IMG/VR virus record: IMGVR_UViG_3300023243_000351
DNA length: 64,000 nucleotides
Strand: one strand, 5' to 3'
Source: a virus
The notes under the pieces are model-generated. The model had not been told where the DNA came from. It was given only the letters and a program-made list of their open reading frames with translations, and did not search any database. Every line of letters begins with the position of its first letter. Position 1 is the first letter of the stretch. Below, piece after piece: positions 56,933-64,000 of the stretch. The position numbers were made by a program, and so were the translations under genes.

Positions 56933-57664
56933 TCAAGTGTTTTTTAACGTTTCGTTGTACCGCACAGCTTCTGCTACTATAGTTGCGTCTGGATGCTCGT
57001 ATATTAATGCTTGGGTATCTTTAGGGAAGCAGGCTCCGCCAAAGCCACGTTCTTGTGTGACCCAACTGTGGCTGTCGCCAATCCTTGCATCTTCTGTTAC
57101 GAACTTTCTAACATCTTCAAACCTAACACCCTGCTTTTGGCATATATCATACACTTGATTAAAGAATGCAACCTTGGTTGCTAGGAAAGCATTTTTAAGG
57201 TATTTGGTCAGTACCAGTGTGGGTATATCACTTTTAACAATGTATGCCTTGGCAAAGTGCCTGAAGAATACCATCTCCCAAAAGTCAACACTGCCGCCAC
57301 CTATATAGATGTGTGTTTGACCAGCATAGTCCGCATCTGCTGTTTCAGCACGTAAGAACTCTGGATTAAATGTAACGTTCCAGTCTACCAGCTGATCCAG
57401 ACCAGTTTGATCTATTGTGCTTTTGACCAGTATGGGTATTTGTCTGTCGTACTGTTTGACTACACTGCTGACTATTGAGAAATCGCAACTGCCTTCTACG
57501 TTTTCTGGTGTAGGTACGCACACAATAACACCATCTGGATCTTTGTCTGTGCAGGTTTCTAGTTCAGGGTGTAGTGGATCAAAAATAGTAAAACTATCTC
57601 GTTCAGCAAACTTGTTTACTACAGCTCTACCAACGTATCCGTATCCGTGTAAATGAAAGTGCAT
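56933..57664 (-). CDS. UDP-glucose/GDP-mannose dehydrogenase (short form)
   Basis: GYGYVG, VCVPTP, KST, NPEFL, KY..NAFLATKV, GFGGACFPKD. Confidence 0.9.
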   Translation of the reverse strand: MHFHLHGYGYVGRAVVNKFAERDSFTIFDPLHPELETCTDKDPDGVIVCVPTPENVEGSCDFSIVSSVVKQYDRQIPILVKSTIDQTGLDQLVDWNVTFNPEFLRAETADADYAGQTHIYIGGGSVDFWEMVFFRHFAKAYIVKSDIPTLVLTKYLKNAFLATKVAFFNQVYDICQKQGVRFEDVRKFVTEDARIGDSHSWVTQERGFGGACFPKDTQALIYEHPDATIVAEAVRYNETLKNT

Positions 57665-57676
57665 AAAAACTCCAAA

Positions 57677-57710
57677 ATAAAAGGGGTAGTAACAATTACC
57701 ACCCCTTTAT
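57677..57710 (-). terminator. Terminator downstream of the porin gene
   Basis: AAAGGGGTAGTAA...TTACCACCCCTTT imperfect hairpin with AT tails. Confidence 0.6.
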
Positions 57711-57737
57711 TATACTTAATTAACTGTTAAATGTCAA

Positions 57738-58349
57738 TTAGAATTTAACTGCTAACCTAGTGCCAAGAATCATGTGTGTTTTAGCCCAGTCACCATCTTC
57801 ACCTGCTGTTAAGTACTCAACATATGGTGTAAGTTTAACTGAACTGTTTTCGTCTGAATCTAATGTCCAGTCGTAACCAGCTTGCCATTTAACATCATCA
57901 ATTTTTGCGTCACCAGTCTTGCCAGCACCAAATGTCCAACGTGGTTGCAGTTTAACCCATGCGCTACCTGCCTTAAGTCCGATAATACCACGGTATCTTG
58001 CGCTGTCGTCTTTTGTGCCTTCAAAATAACGATACTCAATTCGGTGTGCAAGACTCAATGGACCTGCTTTAAGAATCTTGTGTGTTAACTTTGGACGAAT
58101 CTCTGTGACTACACCATCTTCAGCATAACGAAGTGCAAGCTCTAAGCTGTCAGATAACTTGTACTTTCCTTCAACGTGATCGTAATCATCGTTGCCCATG
58201 GTTCTAACTTCTACACCCCAGTTACCACTGTTGAGGTTGTAGTTGTGTTCAGATGTATTCCAGTTATCATCTGCGGCTTCTGCTTCTTTACCACATCCAA
58301 TAATTGTTGCAAGTGCAACTGCTGATACTATTGCTACGATTTTTTTCAT
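57738..58349 (-). CDS. Small outer-membrane beta-barrel porin
   Basis: Signal sequence; amphipathic strands (HRIEYRYF, LTPYVEY); C-terminal Phe beta-signal GTRLAVKF. Confidence 0.7.
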   Translation of the reverse strand: MKKIVAIVSAVALATIIGCGKEAEAADDNWNTSEHNYNLNSGNWGVEVRTMGNDDYDHVEGKYKLSDSLELALRYAEDGVVTEIRPKLTHKILKAGPLSLAHRIEYRYFEGTKDDSARYRGIIGLKAGSAWVKLQPRWTFGAGKTGDAKIDDVKWQAGYDWTLDSDENSSVKLTPYVEYLTAGEDGDWAKTHMILGTRLAVKF

Positions 58350-58501
58350 TTGTATATCTCCAATTTAAATTTTGTTGTATAAATGTTACAGTTACGGTAT
58401 TTCTACAAATAACTCTAGCAATTACTTATAGGTGGGTGTTGCCAATAAACAACACACTTAACTATTTTTGGACAAAAATGTTACAGTCCGTTTTAATATC
58501 T

Positions 58502-59509
58502 TTATTCTAAATCGCTTGCTTGTAATACTGGCAGACTGTTCATTCTATCCATCATTTCTTTACGTTCTGCTTTACTCATTGGGATCATACCAGAATCAGC
58601 AAGGATACCATCATCACTCCAGTGCTTTGTCCACTCAGTCATGTATTCCACAATACCCGGAACAACATTAACATGTGCATGCTTGACATAGAAGTAAAGA
58701 GCACGTGATGCTTTATACTTGCCTTCAGCAATAGCATCAAAGGTTGGTATAACACCAGATAGTTCTGCACCCTGTACCGTGTCACTGTTCTGATCCAAAT
58801 ACGAAAACCCAAATATACCAAATGCAGTTAAATCCTCATTCAGCTTTTGGACAATCAGGTTGTCCTGTTCGCCCGCCTCTATGTAAGCTCCGTCAGTGCG
58901 CATTGCACGACAGTTCTTTGCTTTATACCCAATTGCTTTTACTTCAGGGTCTTTTTTACAGTATGCTTTTTCATTAACAATCTCAGCAAAACTTGCTCTT
59001 GTGCCTGATGTTGTTGGTGGGCCATACACACGTATTTCTATGTCAGGAAGTTCTGAATTAACATCCTGCCATGTCTTATAAGGATTCTCCACCATCTTGC
59101 CATTTACTGGAACCTTGGCAGTTAGTGCCTTGCCAAGATCGCTTAATGAAATTTTAAGTTGTGGTACATCTTTTGAGTTTGCTAATACTATACCATCATA
59201 CCCAACTTTAATTTCAGTAACAGTAACTTTATTTTTATCGCAATAGGCAAGTTCTTTCACCTTCATTCTTGAGCTTGCATTGCCAATATCAATAAACTGT
59301 GTGCCAATCCCATCACACACGCCTTTCTTACCAACGCTAGAGCCACCCGATTCTACTACTGGGGTTTTTAAGTTTGGATTTTTTCCTAGTTGTTCTGCCA
59401 CAATTGTTGCGAACGGAAATACGGTTGAAGATCCAGCAATACTAACGTAATCTCTTGCATGGATTGATGAACTAAATGCTAATACTAACACAGCGAGTAA
59501 TAATTTCAT
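58502..59509 (-). CDS. pstS: Phosphate-binding periplasmic protein PstS
   Basis: IAGSSTVFP, ESGGSSVG, IGNASSRMK, GYDGIV, GPPTTSGTR, SRALYFYVK. Confidence 0.93.
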   Translation of the reverse strand: MKLLLAVLVLAFSSSIHARDYVSIAGSSTVFPFATIVAEQLGKNPNLKTPVVESGGSSVGKKGVCDGIGTQFIDIGNASSRMKVKELAYCDKNKVTVTEIKVGYDGIVLANSKDVPQLKISLSDLGKALTAKVPVNGKMVENPYKTWQDVNSELPDIEIRVYGPPTTSGTRASFAEIVNEKAYCKKDPEVKAIGYKAKNCRAMRTDGAYIEAGEQDNLIVQKLNEDLTAFGIFGFSYLDQNSDTVQGAELSGVIPTFDAIAEGKYKASRALYFYVKHAHVNVVPGIVEYMTEWTKHWSDDGILADSGMIPMSKAERKEMMDRMNSLPVLQASDLE

Positions 59510-59549
59510 TGATATATCCTCCTTGGTTTACTCGCTATTATTTAAACAT

Positions 59550-59593
59550 AATAGTGTTACAGTAACGTTACAATTATATTAAATTTTTGTTAC
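59550..59593 (-). promoter_or_regulatory. Pho-box-like 11-bp direct repeats upstream of pstS
   Basis: GTAACaaaaat-TTAATataatt-GTAACgttact-GTAACactatt at exact 11-nt spacing. Confidence 0.7.
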
Positions 59594-60423
59594 TGCGGAA
59601 GATATGTACGTGCGGAAGGATAATCGCCTGTGATAACACTGGTGCTGTTGCGTATGGATTCTGGGAAGTAATCATCTAGGGCAACAGGTGCAAACTTGTA
59701 GCGTTCATCTGTTTGTATTATGCCATGCCCTTTGCGTATGCTTTCTTCAACGTTCAACTGTTCTAGTATCCACGGATCGTTGGTTTCGTCGTGTGCAAAA
59801 CTACCAATTTTTTGTTTAGCAAACTCTTCGTTGCCAAAATACGTAAAGTGCCACCCAGCATGTTCAATCATTTCCACAGTGTCATCTTTGTGGTTATACG
59901 GAAAGCCTTGTAGTTGATGCCTTGCTCGTCTAAAGTCTTCTGGATTGTCCAGCAGTTTCTTCCTACATGCACTGCTCCACACAACATAGTTGTCTTGGTT
60001 AATTAGCATGTAATTAAACTTAAAGTTAAACAAGGGCATTCTGAATGGCCATATACTTGCACTACTTGCTCTAAGTTTCTCAATGGTTTCTGTTCTGGGT
60101 ATTTCATCTATATCGCTTACTATGATTATATCATTGTCGTCTGCATCCCGCACACCGTTTAATATAGCATTGCGCTGATGTCTTTCCCTGCCCCATGTAT
60201 CTGTGTCTTTGGGCATGTCTGTAACAGGATAGTAGATAATTTTATCTGCCCATTGTGCAAAACGTTCTCTATTGTTGTAGTACAGCAGGTCTTTGGGATT
60301 GTCTTGGAATGTTCTATTGGCTTCTACTAATACAAAATAATCCACATGATCATATAGTTCACGCAGTCTGAGCTCAAGAAGCCCAAACTCATTGAAAAAG
60401 GGGAAACTGTCGTATATTTTCAT
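59590..60423 (-). CDS. Glycosyltransferase family 17
   Basis: IYDSFPFFNE..LLELRL, FVLVEA, QRNAI, SDIDEIP, GWHF. Confidence 0.88.
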   Translation of the reverse strand: MKIYDSFPFFNEFGLLELRLRELYDHVDYFVLVEANRTFQDNPKDLLYYNNRERFAQWADKIIYYPVTDMPKDTDTWGRERHQRNAILNGVRDADDNDIIIVSDIDEIPRTETIEKLRASSASIWPFRMPLFNFKFNYMLINQDNYVVWSSACRKKLLDNPEDFRRARHQLQGFPYNHKDDTVEMIEHAGWHFTYFGNEEFAKQKIGSFAHDETNDPWILEQLNVEESIRKGHGIIQTDERYKFAPVALDDYFPESIRNSTSVITGDYPSARTYLPQ

Positions 60424-60475
60424 AGCAATACTTAGTATAATAAATATTCTTACAAATGATTTTCAAGGACAATAT

Positions 60476-61120
60476 ATGCCACATGCCGTAGCGACGCTAT
60501 ATGATGACAACTATCGCGACCTCGCTGAACTAACAAATGAACCCAAAATAGAATACTGTGAACGCTACGGTTACAAGTTCTTTGAACTAACCGAAATGAA
60601 GTACAGCAAGATCACAGGCTTCAATAAAATACATTATACACTAGAACTTTTTAAACTGCATCCTGATATTGATTGGTTGTTGTTTTCAGAGTGCGATGCT
60701 ATGATTACTAATCTCACTATTCCCATCGATGAGAAGATAGACAACGACTACCATGTAATAGTGCCAGTGGACAGACTAAACATAAACACAGGAAACTTCT
60801 TGGTGCGCAACACAGAGCAAGGCAGAGCTTGGCTACAAATGATAATAGACAAAGAGCCAGACTACATATTAATAGAGTGGGCTGAACAACAAGTTGTTAT
60901 TGACACTATTGAAGAATACCAAGACATTGTTAAGATTGTTCCGCAAAGGTACATGAACAGTTACGAGCCACAAATTTATGATTACTGTGATGCCAGCAAA
61001 GATATTATGGGCAACTCAGGCGCATGGGCACAAGGAGATTGGATAGTACACTGGCCCGGCACTTACAAAAACGTTAGGCTCAAAAGAGCAGAGCGAGTTG
61101 GTAGACAAATAATCAGATGA
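60476..61120 (+). CDS. Glycosyltransferase (GT34-like)
   Basis: KIEYCERYGY, WLLFSECDAMITN, INTGNFLVRN, EQQ, GDWIVHWPG; start reassigned behind AAGGA. Confidence 0.75.
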   Translation: MPHAVATLYDDNYRDLAELTNEPKIEYCERYGYKFFELTEMKYSKITGFNKIHYTLELFKLHPDIDWLLFSECDAMITNLTIPIDEKIDNDYHVIVPVDRLNINTGNFLVRNTEQGRAWLQMIIDKEPDYILIEWAEQQVVIDTIEEYQDIVKIVPQRYMNSYEPQIYDYCDASKDIMGNSGAWAQGDWIVHWPGTYKNVRLKRAERVGRQIIR

Positions 61121-61965
61121 AGGTTTACATCACAGGCGCAACTGGGTTTGTAGGACTCAATCTAGCCGATTACTTTCGTACAAGAGGACATGCGGTTATA
61201 CTACACGTGCGTACTGACGACGTCACAGCACATCGGCAACTCACAGCACAGTTGCAAAGTTTCCAGCCAGATGTTATAATAAACTGTGCGGCAGAGATAT
61301 ACGATGCTAATAAAATGTTTGAACCAAACATACTGCTCACATACAAGTTACTCGAATATGTAAGAGACGCTAAATGTCGTATGATACAAATTGGCAGTAG
61401 CAGTGAATATGGCCCAACAGAATACGCAACAGCAGAAGACACACTGCTGAAGCCAGTGGACTTTTATCAAGGCACAAAGGCCGCGGCTACGCTCATGTGC
61501 CAAGGTTGGGCAAGGGCGCACGATTTAAAAATTTACATAGCAAGACCTTACAGTGTGTATGGTCCAGGAGAAAGACCACATAGACTATTTCCACACTTGT
61601 GGAGAGCATTCAAGTACAATGAACCTATGACACTGTACGAAGGCTATCATGACTTTATCTACATACATGATTTTTGTCGTGGTATAGAAATGCTAACACA
61701 GGACAACATTGCACCAGGTGAAATTTATAACTTTGGTAGCGGAGTGCAGGTAAGCAACAAAGAAGTACTGCAAATATTCGAAAAAATAACAAAGAAAACA
61801 GCACCAGTAACAGAAGTATTTGAAATTAGAAAAGCATTCGAAAGTAAACTGTGGGTGTGCGACACAACAAAATCAAAACAGTTAGGTTTTGAATGTAACT
61901 ATTCATTAGAAGAAGGTATAATATATTTTTTAACCAAGGCACATTATGAGAGCAAAAATACTTAG
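61117..61965 (+). CDS. NAD-dependent epimerase/dehydratase
   Basis: TGATGFVG, GSSSEYG, YQGTK, RPYSVYGPGE, DFIYI. Confidence 0.9.
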   Translation: MKVYITGATGFVGLNLADYFRTRGHAVILHVRTDDVTAHRQLTAQLQSFQPDVIINCAAEIYDANKMFEPNILLTYKLLEYVRDAKCRMIQIGSSSEYGPTEYATAEDTLLKPVDFYQGTKAAATLMCQGWARAHDLKIYIARPYSVYGPGERPHRLFPHLWRAFKYNEPMTLYEGYHDFIYIHDFCRGIEMLTQDNIAPGEIYNFGSGVQVSNKEVLQIFEKITKKTAPVTEVFEIRKAFESKLWVCDTTKSKQLGFECNYSLEEGIIYFLTKAHYESKNT

Positions 61966-62656
61966 AACAAGCAAAGGTAACAAAATTAACGTGGTTGCAG
62001 AATCTGCAGAAGCAAAATTACATTTTGACGAGCCAGAAAACCATGTAGACACCATACTAAAACAGATTAACGAAGAACGCATGTACGATCCTATTTTCCT
62101 AGACAAAAAAGATATGACTGTGTTAGACTTGGGTGCTAACATAGGACTGTTTAGTTTATATGCCGCGGACAGTTGCGACCGTGTTGTTGCTGTGGAAGCA
62201 GTGCCTAGCACCTATAAGATTGCCCAAGAGCTTACAGCAAAGCATCACAACATAGAAATGCGACCATATGCAATCAATAACTATAATGGAGATGTTAGTT
62301 TTTATCTTAACGAAAATTCAACTACCAACAGTTTAGTAGGCCACAAAGGGGATGAGATTACTGTACCCGGTATTACCATTGCAGGTTTGCTAGAAACATT
62401 AGAAATTGACCATGTTGACTTTGTTAAATGCGACATTGAAGGATCAGAAGTGATTGCACTAACAGAAGAAACGGTAGGAGCAGTAGCAGACAAGATTGAC
62501 TTTTGGTTCATTGAAATACATCAGACCAATAATGAAAGTCATCAATGGCCAGGTAACCTGGAAACGAACAGACAACAACTAAAGACTGTGTTTGAAAACT
62601 GTGGCTACACAGTGGAACCAGTTATACATGATCAATTATACGCATTCAAAGCATGA
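61946..62656 (+). CDS. FkbM-family methyltransferase
   Basis: VLDLGANIGLFS, VAVEA, FVKCDIEGSE, IEIH. Confidence 0.9.
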   Translation: MRAKILRTSKGNKINVVAESAEAKLHFDEPENHVDTILKQINEERMYDPIFLDKKDMTVLDLGANIGLFSLYAADSCDRVVAVEAVPSTYKIAQELTAKHHNIEMRPYAINNYNGDVSFYLNENSTTNSLVGHKGDEITVPGITIAGLLETLEIDHVDFVKCDIEGSEVIALTEETVGAVADKIDFWFIEIHQTNNESHQWPGNLETNRQQLKTVFENCGYTVEPVIHDQLYAFKA

Positions 62657-63273
62657 ACGAACTAGAACGTAGACTCTTAGACGTCACCTATCAAGAAAAA
62701 CTTAGTCATCTGAGCAGTACGCTTAGTGCGTTGCCGATTATTGAAGAAATATATCATCATCGCAATAACGACGAAGTTTTTATACTGAGCAATGGCCACG
62801 CCGGACTTGCACTGTACGTAGTTCTCGAGAAATACTACGGAGTTGATCCCGTAGCCATGTTGCATAAACATGGTATCCATCCGGGTAGAGATCTTGAAAA
62901 TCATTTGTACTGTAGTACAGGCAGTCTCGGCAGTGGTCTCCCTATTGCCATTGGGCATGCACTAGCAACACCTGAAAAGCGTGTTTGGTGCATGATCAGC
63001 GACGGTGAAGCCGCCGAAGGCAGCATATGGGAAAGTCTACGTTATATCACAGACAACAAGGTCAACAACATAGAAGTTTATGCAAACATAAACGGTATGG
63101 GTGCATATGATCCTGTTGACTCTGCAACACTGATTAAAAGACTAAGAGCTTTTATGCCACGTATTAGAATAAGACAAAGTGAATTACCCAATTGGTCATT
63201 TGCTAAAGATTTACTTACACATTACTACGTTCTCAAAGAACAGGACTACAAGGAGTTGATCAATGAGGCGTGA
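62653..63273 (+). CDS. Transketolase-like TPP-binding (N-terminal) subunit
   Basis: SHLSS, FILSNGH, STGSLGSGL, SDGEAAEGSIWE...N. Confidence 0.9.
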   Translation: MNELERRLLDVTYQEKLSHLSSTLSALPIIEEIYHHRNNDEVFILSNGHAGLALYVVLEKYYGVDPVAMLHKHGIHPGRDLENHLYCSTGSLGSGLPIAIGHALATPEKRVWCMISDGEAAEGSIWESLRYITDNKVNNIEVYANINGMGAYDPVDSATLIKRLRAFMPRIRIRQSELPNWSFAKDLLTHYYVLKEQDYKELINEA

Positions 63274-63745
63274 AGCGGCAGACTTGTTGTTAGGCAGTAT
63301 GGTTGACTCTGATCATGTGCGTGTTGTTACTGCTGATTTGGGATTTGGTGTATTGGACCAAATACGTGCGGCATTTCCAGAACGTTTTTACAATGTCGGA
63401 GCCGCAGAGTTTACCATGGCTGGTGTAGCAGTTGGGATGGCCAACGAAGGTGTAATACCTGTGTGCTACAGCATGAGCAGTTTCTTGTTGTACAGACCAT
63501 TTGAGTTGTTGCGCAACTATGTTAATCACGAACGTATCCCTGTTAAGTTAATTGGTAGCGGACGTGACTACGATTACAATCACGATGGCATAAGTCATTG
63601 GGCACACGACGACGAACAGGTGTTGGCAGCATTGCCTAATATCAAACTGTACAAACCAAACACAGTAGAAGATTTAGAAAACATATGGCAGGAGTTCTTG
63701 TTTAGTACAGAACCTGCATACTTGAATTTAAGAAGAAAAATATGA
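63263..63745 (+). CDS. Transketolase-like pyrimidine-binding subunit
   Basis: TADLG, RFYNVGAAE, DGISHW, PAYLNL. Confidence 0.88.
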   Translation: MRREAADLLLGSMVDSDHVRVVTADLGFGVLDQIRAAFPERFYNVGAAEFTMAGVAVGMANEGVIPVCYSMSSFLLYRPFELLRNYVNHERIPVKLIGSGRDYDYNHDGISHWAHDDEQVLAALPNIKLYKPNTVEDLENIWQEFLFSTEPAYLNLRRKI

Positions 63746-64000
63746 GTACAAAAGTTGTTTATGTTACAGGCTGTTTAGGCTTTATTGGATATCATGTTGC
63801 ACAGCACTGCCTAAGCAAAGGTTGGTATGTGCGTGGCATTGACAAAGGTACGTATGCCGCAAATGAAGACTTACTTGCAGAGCTCGAGACAAATACTCGC
63901 TTTGTGTTTGAACGCAAAGACATAAACGATATAGACTTTTTATACGATTGTGACTATATTATTAATACTGCCGCGGAAACACATGTAGATAATAGCATAG
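63742..64000 (+). CDS. Second dTDP-glucose 4,6-dehydratase-like enzyme (partial, runs off the window)
   Basis: Manual translation: MSTKVVYVTGCLGFIG...IDKGTYAA...INTAAETHVDNSI. Confidence 0.85.
   Translation, partial: MSTKVVYVTGCLGFIGYHVAQHCLSKGWYVRGIDKGTYAANEDLLAELETNTRFVFERKDINDIDFLYDCDYIINTAAETHVDNSI

Noticed and set aside
315-63529. Many opposite-strand or nested ORFs in the track (for example 376-795, 7806-8816, 9516-10049, 30198-31274, 51111-51608)
   Set aside because: They are antisense or frame shadows of well-supported genes, with no RBS or motifs and with biased composition.
1-64000. CRISPR array, tRNA, rRNA, integrase or IS element
   Set aside because: No regularly spaced repeat-spacer units, cloverleaf-like intergenic segments or transposase/integrase motifs were seen by eye. 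The dispersed repeats are promoters. A tRNAscan run was not possible.
49083-64000. Bacterial LPS locus (chimeric assembly or host flank)
   Set aside because: Composition, gene compaction and TAAATA/TAAGTA boxes match the rest of the window, phage-type small ORFs are interspersed, and no wzx/wzy/ABC export or housekeeping genes appear.

Overview
The whole window is a gene-dense, AT-rich fragment of a large lytic dsDNA phage, probably a T4-superfamily or jumbo-type myovirus of an aquatic proteobacterium. Genes lie mostly on the minus strand and use the standard genetic code. I found no tRNA, rRNA, CRISPR array, integrase or IS element. From left to right: (1) a curli/type VIII secretion-like module (FecR-domain protein, curlin-repeat protein, CsgG, CsgF, two paralogous membrane proteins); (2) host-takeover genes (3'-5' exonuclease, ClpS, Hsp20 with a ROSE-like leader, ribosomal protein bS21, a truncated orphan HicB, RNA polymerase omega, a cytochrome c, a cell-wall hydrolase, PAAR); (3) class Ia ribonucleotide reductase nrdA-nrdB, a GIY-YIG homing endonuclease fused to a Cys-His-Asp domain, and glutaredoxin; (4) virion and head-associated genes; (5) replication genes (DnaB-like helicase, primase, a miniature DnaE-like protein, UvsW-like helicase, AAA ATPase) mixed with radical SAM, SGNH, desaturase and methyltransferase genes; (6) a ~15 kb sugar-nucleotide/glycosyltransferase island interrupted by a Pho-box-preceded pstS plus porin. 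The top candidate for an undescribed system is at nrdB: the gene encodes Gln at the positions of E. coli E350 (essential) and E352, and it abuts a homing endonuclease carrying a putative papain/transglutaminase-fold deamidase domain that could convert Q back to E. The second candidate is a 3'-UTR hairpin RNA whose loop is complementary to the shared RBS of the phage's early-gene cassettes. All family calls come from motif recognition by eye; no searches were run.
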